A stretch of 64,000 nucleotides of DNA from Promethearchaeota archaeon. GTDB lineage: Archaea; Asgardarchaeota; Lokiarchaeia; Sigyniarchaeales; SOKP01. Shown here in pieces: positions 9,940-20,021 of the stretch. The translations under genes and the position numbers were made by a program. The stretch spans positions 17,801 to 81,800 of the forward strand of contig JAHPZE010000018.1 of assembly GCA_019058365.1 (NCBI GenBank), read 5' to 3'. Each line of letters starts with the position of its first letter. Position 1 is the first letter of the stretch. A model generated the notes under the pieces. It worked only from the letters and a program-made list of their open reading frames with translations. It ran no database searches and was not told the origin of the DNA.

Positions 9940-11154
9940 TTGAGAAAAGTATTTAGATTTGATGAATTATATCAAGCACCTCTTATAATTGACGCCATAT
10001 ATGAAGGTGGTGATAGTGGTAATGTTTCTGATGATCCACTTTCTAAATTACTTAAAGGGATAGGAAATTTAGGTGGTTTTCGCATCGCATATAATCAAAT
10101 TGATAAAAATCCTGCATTTATAGTTTTATATACAAGTGAAAAAGAGTTGGAATGGCCTGATTATATTGATTATCAATCTGGAGTATTTAAATATTATGGG
10201 GATAATAGACATCCTGGACATGAATTACACGATACACCTAAAAGAGGAAATCAAATCCTGAAACAAGTGTTTGATCTTTTACAAGGCTCAGCAGAAGATC
10301 GTAAAAATATTCCACCTTTTCTTGTATTCAAGAAAATAGCTCATGAAAGGTCTAGATCAGTTTCCTTTTTAGGGTTAGCAGTACCGGGAAGAGAGGGTTC
10401 ATCTCCTGGAAAAGACTTATTAGCCATATGGAGGACCAAAGGTTCGGTGAGATTTCAAAATTATGAGGCTTATTTTACAATTTTAGATGCCTCTCTTGAA
10501 TCTGTTTCAAAAGAATGGTTGGAAGCCTTACGGGATGATAGAAATAAAGCTTACGAACTTGCACCTCAAGCTTGGAATGAATTTATTCATAATGGTTTGT
10601 CTAATATCAAACCTCTTAAAGCTCCTAAAGTTAAAACTATTCGAAAAAGATGGGAACAATTACCTAGAGATGAAGATATAAATGGATGGGAACTGTTACT
10701 TTCAATTTATAATTACTTTAAACCTAATCCTTTTGCTTTTGAAAAGTTTGCTGTAAAGATAACAAAAATGATGGATGGAAATTTTAATCATTTTGATCTT
10801 ACAAGACCTTGGAGAGATGGAGGTAGAGATGCTATGGGAACCTATACAATAGGTATAGGCACTGATAAGTTATCTATAATATGTGCTCTTGAAGCAAAAT
10901 GTTATAATCCTAAAGAAAATGGTTGTGGTGTCAAGTTGACAACACGACTGATTTCAAGAATTAAATATAGAGAATTTGGAATATTTGTTACAACTTCATG
11001 GATAAATGATCAAGCCTATAAAGAAATTAAAGAGGACAGGCATCCAGTTTTAGTTATATCAGGGATAGATATTCTAAATATTTTAAGGGAACATGATTTA
11101 GGATCCATTGAATTACTAAAAATCTGGTTAGAAAATAACTTTAAATTAAATTAA
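9940..11154 (+). CDS. AspBHI-family 5mC-dependent restriction endonuclease (SRA-like + Mrr_cat)
   Basis: DAIYEGG..GNVSDDPLSKLL..GNLGGFR, YYGDNRHPG, RFQNY; C-terminal RDGGRDA...LEAKCY...RLISRIKYR. Confidence 0.88.
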   Translation: MRKVFRFDELYQAPLIIDAIYEGGDSGNVSDDPLSKLLKGIGNLGGFRIAYNQIDKNPAFIVLYTSEKELEWPDYIDYQSGVFKYYGDNRHPGHELHDTPKRGNQILKQVFDLLQGSAEDRKNIPPFLVFKKIAHERSRSVSFLGLAVPGREGSSPGKDLLAIWRTKGSVRFQNYEAYFTILDASLESVSKEWLEALRDDRNKAYELAPQAWNEFIHNGLSNIKPLKAPKVKTIRKRWEQLPRDEDINGWELLLSIYNYFKPNPFAFEKFAVKITKMMDGNFNHFDLTRPWRDGGRDAMGTYTIGIGTDKLSIICALEAKCYNPKENGCGVKLTTRLISRIKYREFGIFVTTSWINDQAYKEIKEDRHPVLVISGIDILNILREHDLGSIELLKIWLENNFKLN

Positions 11155-11408
11155 AAATATAACTCTTTCAGATTGTCCTTTAATTAAAAAATATGTCTTA
11201 TTTTTGAATAATTTATCTGTCATAGGATTTAATAATTTAATAATTTTCTTTCAAAGTGCAAAGTTATTTTTTTATATAGTCGTGATATACTAATATTGGG
11301 AATGATAAAAATGGCAGTTAATGATAGAAGTTTTATTCAACTCATAGTAGAAGATTAATCATTTTTATCTATTCATTATATTGAAACCAATCGCGGGAAA
11401 TATTATTA

Positions 11409-12440
11409 ATGAAATATTTGTACCTAAAATTAGGCAGAGGAAATCGTCAGTTAAATTATTGTATAGAAGATGAAAATATATTTGGTCGACCTACCGTTTA
11501 TATCTTTTTTGGAAATATTACAACTGAACAATGCAAAACATTAATTAATTTACCCAAAAATGAACTAGAAAATATGCGTAAAAATGATAAAAGCATTCCA
11601 AAATACATAACTCTACATCAACAAATAAAACCATTTATCGAAGCTGGAGAAACCAGAGAAGTAAGATTCATTTCGATTTTTGAAAATAAAGTATTCATTT
11701 TTGAACCGGATAGCGAAGTTAAAGATATGTCGAAGAAAGAAATAAATGATTTCTGTGATGATTTGAGAAAAAAGAAAATTGCTGACGAACAATATATCGA
11801 AGATATTAAAAAAGATATTCCTAAAATAATGTATATCAAAAATATTTATAAATTTGAGAAAAATGTTCCTTATATACTCAGAACGCTAAATGTATCCCAA
11901 TATTATAACCGAGGCACATGTAGAGAGATTGTAGAGAATGAAAAGAATTGGGGGATAATTCAAGCAATCAAAAAAATTCTTAAAGAAAATGGGGACATTA
12001 TAGAAAAATTTTCTTCTCAACAACTATTCAATCTACTGAGTCCTCATCAATTTGAGACGCTTGTGTTTTTAATTCTAACTAATGCTAACATTTTTTCTCC
12101 AGCTTGACGTGCAGGTTCCTTGCCTGATATAGATATAATAGGAATTAATTATACGAACTCAAAAATTAAGTTAGGAAATGATAAGCCAATTAATTTTGAA
12201 AAAGACAAAGAAATTACCTTTCAAATCAAAAGAAAAGAAGTAAAAGATAATTTCAATGCAGATTTCGCGATTACTTTAAATCCAACGAAAAAACAAAAAA
12301 CGGATAATCGCATTCGAACATCGGATTGGTTATTAGAAATCATTAAAAATCAACCAAATACAAGAAAATGGCTTAATAATTCATTAAAATGGTTGTTAGA
12401 AGATACTCAATATGATTCTATATTTAACTTATTAGAGTAA
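11409..12440 (+). pseudogene. Mrr-like restriction endonuclease split by one in-frame TGA
   Basis: ORFs 11409-12107 and 12120-12440 are in the same frame: LSPHQFETLVFLIL...FSPA*RAGSLPDIDII...FQIK; stop at 12105-12107. Confidence 0.75.
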
Positions 12441-12694
12441 TTAATTATATCAAATTTAGTTTTAAATAAAGATAAACCTTCCTTTAGTCAACTATTTATC
12501 TACAAATACGAACTCTAATTTAGAAAATTTAATAATAATAATTAAGTTAAATATGCAACTGCATAGTATTTATCCATTTGAAATGTAATAATGATTATTA
12601 GAATTTACAATTCCTGTATTTAAAATCCTATTAATTTCAAAATGATAATTTTTGCAAATAGAATTTAATATCATTCATTCTTAATTATTAATAG

Positions 12695-12976
12695 ATGAAA
12701 CAATTAACAGAACGCGAAATCCAGTGGTTAGAAGCGTTTGTCAAAAATCATGAATTTTTCGCTTCCTTCCTGCTCCATCACAAATTAAAACATTGTTTAT
12801 CTAATAATCAATATTATTGACTGCATCTTTATATCAATCAAGCAGAGGAGAATGGTGATACTCTACTAACTATTGAGGAAATAACATTTCTGGAAAAAGA
12901 ATCTGAAAACAATGAAAATGTGCAAGAATTACTGGAAATTTATAAAGATAAAGGATATCTGGAAAAGTTGGAATAA
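12695..12976 (+). pseudogene. Truncated, nonsense-bearing paralog of the 5' end of the LRR gene (direct repeat copy 2)
   Basis: MKQLTEREIQWLEAFVKNHEFFASFLLHHKLKHCLSNNQYY*LHLYINQAEENG...; the Trp codon TGG of the 6153 gene is TGA here. Confidence 0.85.
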
Positions 12977-13065
12977 TTCCTAATCTAAAAAAATATTAAA
13001 TATTTAAATAAAAATCAAATTTAAATTAAATAATTTCAGTTGAATCCAAATTTAAGCCTAAATTT

Positions 13066-13515
13066 ATGAAAAAAAAAATAAAGGTCTGGAGATGTCCTAA
13101 TTGCATGAAAAAGTCAATAATAATTCAAATTAATAATGCTACTTTAGCAGCAAAAATATCATGTGGTTCATGTGACCTATATGTCGAGATGAAAGCAAAA
13201 AAAATTTACGACCCTATTGATGTTTATGGTGATTTTATTGATGAGTACTATGAAAATCCATTAAAACATTCTATGAAGAAAAATAATCTTTCAGATTCAA
13301 AATCAATCATAGTACATATTACTACCCAAAGCATCATTAAATCCTTATTATTGAATTGGAAGAATTTAACTGAAATCAAAGAAGACTTAAATATAGAAAG
13401 TGATCTGGATTTTAGGTACCTAAAGCTCAAGTTAAAAGAACTAGAGAGAAAATTTAAATTGGAAGTTAAACGAATTGGTACAGAAAAATATTGGAGAACT
13501 GTAAAAAAAAAATAA
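13066..13515 (+). CDS. Elf1-like transcription-elongation Zn-ribbon fused to a C-terminal wHTH-like domain
   Basis: WRCPNC...ISCGSCDL...DPIDVYGDFID is the Elf1 signature; extra ~80 aa C-terminal domain. Confidence 0.75.
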   Translation: MKKKIKVWRCPNCMKKSIIIQINNATLAAKISCGSCDLYVEMKAKKIYDPIDVYGDFIDEYYENPLKHSMKKNNLSDSKSIIVHITTQSIIKSLLLNWKNLTEIKEDLNIESDLDFRYLKLKLKELERKFKLEVKRIGTEKYWRTVKKK

Positions 13516-13744
13516 TATTTTATTATTAGTTAAATTTATATATTAGCTTTTTCATATTAATAGTGGCAAAAATTGTTTAATCCAGTAATAAAATTAAACC
13601 CACCTATTGGTTGTTTTATAGCTATATCATAGAAGCCAATGATTAAGTCCTTTAGAAGATTAGAATTGTTTTGATAAGAATTGGATAGAATTGTAAAAAA
13701 ATTAAAATTTAAAGGATATAATAATAAATTGGTGGAAATTTAAG

Positions 13745-14986
13745 ATGAAATATGCTATAGACCTAAATTTAGGTGAATGGGTAACAGTTGATGAATTACT
13801 TGAATATTTCCCAATTGCTTTAAAATATCATAAGTTTACTTGCCCAAAATGTGGTAAACGCGTATCTCCTGTTAAAGCAGTAATTAGAAAAATGCATTTT
13901 AAACATTTAGATGGATCCCCTAATTGCCCCGACTATTTTGGAGGAGGTATATATGATGCAGGAGGCATTTCAAGCGTTAATGTTAGTGGGCTTGCGCGTC
14001 GCAATCCCAATGAAATTTTTGAATTTGTAGGATTTGAGAAATTTTACATTGATGATTATCATTTTTCTGAAGATCTAGAAATAAACACAATTGATGAAAA
14101 ATATCATCCAGATCTAAAACGCAATAAATATTATCTTTGGTTAAAACTTTTAGATGAACTAGAGAGTAAAAACTTTGATATTAATGAATTAGTTCACAGT
14201 ATAGTTTTATTTTCAGAAATTGGTTATCCAGTATTATTTGTTCTTAATCCAAACCTTACACCTTATGGAATGGGGGCGGAAAATCCAATTATTAATACTC
14301 TAGTTAATGGTGTAGGTGTTGTATTCGAAATGCCTCTTTTTACATCTGTTTCACGATTAATTAAAATATGGATCTTGGATTCAGCAGGAGAAGTTATATG
14401 TCCCGGTAAAATCGCTTTTGATTATTTAATAAAGAAGACTAAATTCTCATATAAAGTATTAAAAACCATAATGAAAGATCTGTGTGGGTTTTTTAAAGAA
14501 GACAGTTTTGAATATAGTCAACCAAGATATACTTATACTAATGAGGACTTAATGTTAGAAGTTAAGTGTAGCTGTGGTCAAACTCACTTAATTTATGCCG
14601 TTTGTAATGTTAATTATGAAGTTAAACTCTATTTTATGAAAGGACCTAAGACTTTCACTTACGTTAGTCACATGTATAAATTCAAATGTGATAGATGTGG
14701 AAGGGATTTCTATACTTTTGAAGAACTGAAAGAAGCTTGGACTGAAAAATATATTATTAAACAGAAGGAAAAGCAAAAATCTGAGTTGCAAGAGATCTTA
14801 GACGAACCCCTTGTTGAAGACACTACAGACATATCAATTCTAGATAGAATGGTTAAGATACGATTAGGGGAATACATGGGAGAAATTGGAACCGTAATCA
14901 TGAAAGAGGACGGAGATATTCAAGTAAGATTAGATGAATCAAAAGAAATTATTGAAATAAAAGAAAAATTTGTTATTTATATATGA
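13745..14986 (+). CDS. CoiA-N-like Zn-finger protein with internal Zn motifs and C-terminal KOW-like domain
   Basis: FTCPKCG...HFKH...C; CSCG...CDRC; C-terminal VKIRLGEYMGEIGTV. Confidence 0.55.
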   Translation: MKYAIDLNLGEWVTVDELLEYFPIALKYHKFTCPKCGKRVSPVKAVIRKMHFKHLDGSPNCPDYFGGGIYDAGGISSVNVSGLARRNPNEIFEFVGFEKFYIDDYHFSEDLEINTIDEKYHPDLKRNKYYLWLKLLDELESKNFDINELVHSIVLFSEIGYPVLFVLNPNLTPYGMGAENPIINTLVNGVGVVFEMPLFTSVSRLIKIWILDSAGEVICPGKIAFDYLIKKTKFSYKVLKTIMKDLCGFFKEDSFEYSQPRYTYTNEDLMLEVKCSCGQTHLIYAVCNVNYEVKLYFMKGPKTFTYVSHMYKFKCDRCGRDFYTFEELKEAWTEKYIIKQKEKQKSELQEILDEPLVEDTTDISILDRMVKIRLGEYMGEIGTVIMKEDGDIQVRLDESKEIIEIKEKFVIYI

Positions 14987-15017
14987 AAGAAGAAAAAAAA
15001 TCTAAAGGTAAAATAAT

Positions 15018-18000
15018 ATGGTAATAAGAAAAAACCGAGAATTGATCATTTCTGATTTAGTAGGGACAATGTTAGGACCCAAATATGGATTAACTGAAGT
15101 ATACCATGCAACCATGAATCCCTGGAAAGTTTATCTTACGGGAGTCCTTGCTCCTAATAATGCTGAACCAGACGAAGATGCAGAAAATGAAGATATAGAA
15201 ACAACTATATCTGAGGATAATGATGTTGATGTTTCCCAAATAAGTGATCCAGAAGAATTTACTCCTAGCTTAAGCAGCTCATCTCAACCACAATCCTTTG
15301 GTATTTCATTTATCGCAAGTTCACCAGAAGATTGTGCTATGCTAGATTGTTGTTTTACTTGGGCGCGTTATTTATGGCATCCAGATTGGAGTCGAATTCA
15401 AAAAGAGTATGAAGATAATAAATTAGTGGGTTGGTATGATGAGGACTTTATAAACGAAATTACTAAAAGAGTTCAAGAGGAAGGAGTAAAGAAAAAAGGA
15501 GCAAATGATGAACAGGATGAAGGTGCAAAAGAAGATAATTATGTTGTAGATGAAGAAAAAAAAAAGGGTGGCTCTTTTCTCGTTGAAGATGATTCTGAAG
15601 AACCAGATCTGACCCCTACCATATTTGGTGGATGGAAAAGGGATCCTCGTTACTTAATACTAAAAGGTTTGAAAGTTTGCCCTGATTCTGATAAAATCTT
15701 CATAGATCAATCTACCCTAAAAAATAGTGAAATAATCCAAGAGTTAGATTATACGTTTCCTGAAGAAGATGAGGCATTTCGAATATACATTCGCATAAGA
15801 AAGTTGAGTAATATTACACAAACCAAACTTAATTACTTTCATATCTCTTTATATTTCGTTAATGATGCTGAAAGAATATACATAACGGATTTACCTGAGG
15901 CAGAACAAAAAGTAAGTTTGGGAAAACCTACTGAAGCATATATCTTTCAACCACAGATAAGAATAAAATGTAGAGGTGATACCCAGATTACTTCAGAAGA
16001 ACTACATTCTGCTAAAGAAATTTATTTTGAGAAAGAGGAAGAGATGGATCTTGAGAATGAGAAAGATGAGTTAGAGACATACCTTAAGGGTATAGATTGT
16101 ATATCAAATGAAAAGCCTCCAGAAGATAAAATTCTAAATTTAATTTATATGAAAAAACGGGAAAAAGCTAAAGGACATATGTGCTCTGCAATATGGGACG
16201 AAATTGACCCAGAACGCCCATATGAAAATACAGATGCCATTAGGTCACCACCTTTTTATTGGACAGATGGAGAACTGTTAAAAGATGCTGATCGGAACTA
16301 TTTTTATCTGTCTGATATCAGAACGGAATTTGTACCAATAATCTCTGTTAGTGCTCCCGATTTTAATTGGCGAAGCAAAATTGCTTATTCTAATGGTAAA
16401 ATTATCCAGAGTCCATTAACAGGAAATATGCGTGATGAAACCTTTTTAGATCCACTATTTATTGCTGAAAAATGTTGGGATAGAGAGGTACTAAAGGTTA
16501 CATTTCATGAACTAATTGAGGAATATGAGAATTGGATGAGAGTACAGAGCCAAATAATTTTAAATTCATATGTGTATAAGAGTAATCCCAACATTGCAAG
16601 GATTGCCAAATATAATCTTAGAAACCACTTAAAAATATTTAAAAGAATAAAAAGAGGCTTACAAGTTCTTGATTCAAATCCAGAAGCACGAATCTGCTTT
16701 TGTTATGCGAATAAAGTTATTCAATTACAAAATTACTGGGTTGAGAAAAGAAAGCCCAATCCAATGAAATTCTACTGGAGGCCATTTCAAATTGCCTTCT
16801 TATTGTTATCTATCTCTGGTATAATTAATAAGGATGATGTAGATAGGGATTATATTGATCTCATATGGTTCCCTACAGGAGGGGGGAAAACTGAAGCATA
16901 TTTATTGACAGCAGCATTCACATTAGCATATCGACGTCGCATTGCCTATAAAGATTCGGAAAAATTACCTTTCATCGAGAATGGGACTTATTTAATTTCA
17001 AGATACACATTAAGGTTATTAACAATTCAACAATTTCGAAGGGCAAATCTAATGGTCCTCGCAGCAGATTGTTTAAGAGTAAAGAATTTACCCCAGAAGA
17101 TTGGTAATTCTATTGTTGGATGGATACCAGAGGACTTTGGGGTTAATGATAATCCAGAAGTAAAAAAGCAGTTCGGTTATCTATGGGAGAGTTATAACTG
17201 GATATGGGGGACTCATCGTTTTAGTGTAGGACTATGGGTAGGAAGTGGAATGACACCCAATAGGCTTGAACGATCATGGGCGTTCGGTAGACCTTATTAT
17301 GGCGCTCTAGATGCTCTTAAAGTAAAAATTGATTTAACAAAAGAAACGGAAGAAAAAGCAAGAGCTAATGAAAAGGTAGATGAAGATGATGTAGATCAAG
17401 ATGCTCCCCCTATATCTGATTTTGATGAACAACCACAGGATATAGAAGACAGTAGGACTATAAATAGAAATATCCGTAATGTGGTTAAAGAGATTGGCGA
17501 CCCTGCGCAGATAGTTAACTGTCCTGTCTGCGATGCCGTTTTATCTCTCCCAAAATCGAGGGAACAATACCTTTCCACTGAAATTAATAATTTTTTTCTA
17601 CTTATGAAGGTAAAAGATACAACAATTATTCCAGATGGTAATACTTTAAGAACTAAGCTTGAATTAGTAATAAACAGTTCTGTGAACTTATTTCCATTTA
17701 CAAACAGAATTCTTGGAATTGCTATTTGGAAATCACCCGATATTTATTCAGTAAATTTCTCATTTAAAGCTCGAGATGATAGAAGCTATGATAGCGAAAG
17801 GCTTGAAGAATGGTGGTTAAATTTATCACACCAAATCCCGATGATTGAAATTCTAAGTGTAGATATAAGAAATCCAGGATATTATTACTTACATCATAAT
17901 AATAAATGCTATGATTTTGAAATAAGATGTTGTAATCCAAAATGTGAATTAAACTTAGTTAATTGGGCAGAAGGTACAAATATACCAAATGAAGATACAT

Positions 18001-19970
18001 TTTGGACTAAAAATTCTGATCAATGGATAGAAATTGACACTAAAATAGCAAGATCGATCCCAATTTCTGCTTATACCGTAGATGAACAGATTTACCGAAG
18101 ATTACCCTCATTGGTAATAGGAACAGTTGATAAATTCGCCCAACTAGCCTTTAATGATAATGCAGGCACTATGTTTGGACATTTAGAATTATATTCTCCG
18201 AATTTTGGATTCTTTAAAGAAAATGTAGTTCCAAAAATTGGTGATGTAAGAATCAGAACATTTGATATTGGTCTATTAGATCCTCCCGAAATTATTTTGC
18301 AGGACGAATTACATCTAATTGTTGGACCATTAGGGAGTATGGTTGGTATTTATGAAACTGTTATTGATGAGCTTTGTAAGAGAATGGAGGGTGAAAGAGA
18401 ATTAAGACCAAAATATATTGCTTCAACAGCAACAATTAAAGCGGGAGAGCAACAAACTCAATGCCTATATAATCGTAAATTTTCGATATTTCCTCCTTAT
18501 GGAATCGATGAGACTGATAGTTTCTTTTTAATAAATCAAGATTTACACCCATGTAAAGAAGACGTGCCCGGTCGTCTATATATTGGCTTATGTTGTCCAG
18601 GAAAAAGCGCTCAAACTCCATTATCCCATATATGGGGGTCAATATTCCAAAAAACATTTGAACTCATGCAAAGTATTAAAGATAACCCCGATCCAACATT
18701 TACTATAGATCAAAGAAACGAACAACTCAGGCAATTAGATCCATACTGGACTATAGTGGGATATTTTAATGCTATCCGTGAATTGGCAGGAGTTAGGGCA
18801 GTATATCATCAGGAATTTGTCGCTTGGATGAGATTATTTTACGGTAAAACTAAATTCCGCCCATTTCATGAAAAATTAAATGAACCAATTGAATTATCAA
18901 GCAGAACGGATTCAATTATATTACCTGAATATTTTGAACGGTTAGATAAAAGTTTAAAACTATTAGATGATGGATCGGAGGGGTATAAAGTAAAGGAACC
19001 TGTAAATGGTGTTTTAACTACAAGTATGTTTGGAACAGGGGTAGATGTTGTTAGATTAGGTGTTATGGTTGTTAATGGACAACCAAAAACTACTGCAAGT
19101 TATATACAAGCAACTGGAAGGATAGGAAGGAGAATTGGAGGGATAGCTACTATCTTACTTAGAGCAGGTCGCCCCAGAGATCTAGACCATTATGAACGAT
19201 TCTCAGGGTATCACAGGGCTATTTATAAATATGTAGAACCGATTACAGTTATGCCATTTTCACTAAATTGTATGAAAATAGCATTTGGGCCGTTAGCTGT
19301 AGCCCTTTTGAGACAATCAAAGAATATAAAAAATCTCCTTATCTCAACTAGCTGGCGGGGTAAGCAAAAAGGGCATACTAATATCCTCAATCTAAGTCAA
19401 CTATCTGGTACTCCGGTTTCAACACCTGTTGAACCTATTAATTCCATGGAATTTAATCAAATTATTAAAGTCTTTGAAGACAGGCTCCAAACACAAGACA
19501 CTGATCGTAAACCAAAACAAGAACATTACGATGAGGCAAAAAATGAATTTTTTGAAAAATCTGGTAGATGGCAGGAATATGCGATTAATATTAAGGTGAA
19601 GAAAGCCTTTACTTATAGCGAAGCAACAATAGATAACCCCCCAAGTAAATCAGTTGTCCTTGGAGATCCACAACATCAAGTTGCAGCAAGTAAACCTAAA
19701 AGAGCAACCTCCACAGCCCCATTAATCCACGTAGTGTTTCAAAATTCACCCATGTCTTTACGTGGAGTTGAAAAAATGACTACTTTTGGAATCTTTGCAG
19801 ATTATAAAAAAACTAAAGAGAAAATTGAAAGAAAGACCATGAGGAAAAGTAGGGGAAATAAGAAACCCAGCAAAATGCCAGCTAAAAAAACCGAGAAAAA
19901 TCCTCCAAAATCAGGACCTGTAAGAGGAGTAAAGAGAAAACCACCAATGGGGGTTTTTAGACGTACGTGA
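15018..19970 (+). CDS. drmA: DISARM helicase DrmA
   Basis: WRPFQ, WFPTGGGKTEAY, SRYTLRLLT, GTVDKFAQ, QDELHLI.GPLGS, STATI, GVDV.RL, GQPKTTASYIQATGRIGR, RPRDLDHYE; adjacent to a DUF1998 gene. Confidence 0.92.
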   Translation: MVIRKNRELIISDLVGTMLGPKYGLTEVYHATMNPWKVYLTGVLAPNNAEPDEDAENEDIETTISEDNDVDVSQISDPEEFTPSLSSSSQPQSFGISFIASSPEDCAMLDCCFTWARYLWHPDWSRIQKEYEDNKLVGWYDEDFINEITKRVQEEGVKKKGANDEQDEGAKEDNYVVDEEKKKGGSFLVEDDSEEPDLTPTIFGGWKRDPRYLILKGLKVCPDSDKIFIDQSTLKNSEIIQELDYTFPEEDEAFRIYIRIRKLSNITQTKLNYFHISLYFVNDAERIYITDLPEAEQKVSLGKPTEAYIFQPQIRIKCRGDTQITSEELHSAKEIYFEKEEEMDLENEKDELETYLKGIDCISNEKPPEDKILNLIYMKKREKAKGHMCSAIWDEIDPERPYENTDAIRSPPFYWTDGELLKDADRNYFYLSDIRTEFVPIISVSAPDFNWRSKIAYSNGKIIQSPLTGNMRDETFLDPLFIAEKCWDREVLKVTFHELIEEYENWMRVQSQIILNSYVYKSNPNIARIAKYNLRNHLKIFKRIKRGLQVLDSNPEARICFCYANKVIQLQNYWVEKRKPNPMKFYWRPFQIAFLLLSISGIINKDDVDRDYIDLIWFPTGGGKTEAYLLTAAFTLAYRRRIAYKDSEKLPFIENGTYLISRYTLRLLTIQQFRRANLMVLAADCLRVKNLPQKIGNSIVGWIPEDFGVNDNPEVKKQFGYLWESYNWIWGTHRFSVGLWVGSGMTPNRLERSWAFGRPYYGALDALKVKIDLTKETEEKARANEKVDEDDVDQDAPPISDFDEQPQDIEDSRTINRNIRNVVKEIGDPAQIVNCPVCDAVLSLPKSREQYLSTEINNFFLLMKVKDTTIIPDGNTLRTKLELVINSSVNLFPFTNRILGIAIWKSPDIYSVNFSFKARDDRSYDSERLEEWWLNLSHQIPMIEILSVDIRNPGYYYLHHNNKCYDFEIRCCNPKCELNLVNWAEGTNIPNEDTFWTKNSDQWIEIDTKIARSIPISAYTVDEQIYRRLPSLVIGTVDKFAQLAFNDNAGTMFGHLELYSPNFGFFKENVVPKIGDVRIRTFDIGLLDPPEIILQDELHLIVGPLGSMVGIYETVIDELCKRMEGERELRPKYIASTATIKAGEQQTQCLYNRKFSIFPPYGIDETDSFFLINQDLHPCKEDVPGRLYIGLCCPGKSAQTPLSHIWGSIFQKTFELMQSIKDNPDPTFTIDQRNEQLRQLDPYWTIVGYFNAIRELAGVRAVYHQEFVAWMRLFYGKTKFRPFHEKLNEPIELSSRTDSIILPEYFERLDKSLKLLDDGSEGYKVKEPVNGVLTTSMFGTGVDVVRLGVMVVNGQPKTTASYIQATGRIGRRIGGIATILLRAGRPRDLDHYERFSGYHRAIYKYVEPITVMPFSLNCMKIAFGPLAVALLRQSKNIKNLLISTSWRGKQKGHTNILNLSQLSGTPVSTPVEPINSMEFNQIIKVFEDRLQTQDTDRKPKQEHYDEAKNEFFEKSGRWQEYAINIKVKKAFTYSEATIDNPPSKSVVLGDPQHQVAASKPKRATSTAPLIHVVFQNSPMSLRGVEKMTTFGIFADYKKTKEKIERKTMRKSRGNKKPSKMPAKKTEKNPPKSGPVRGVKRKPPMGVFRRT

Positions 19971-20021
19971 TGTTTATGAAAATATATATTAATAAGATAA
20001 TTAAATGAGAGGGAATATTTT

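Noticed and set aside
12105-12820. Two TGG-C to TGA-C changes as a footprint of the C5-MTase target
   Set aside because: Only two events, one with an inferred ancestral codon, and other nonsense changes have different contexts; too little to infer a motif.
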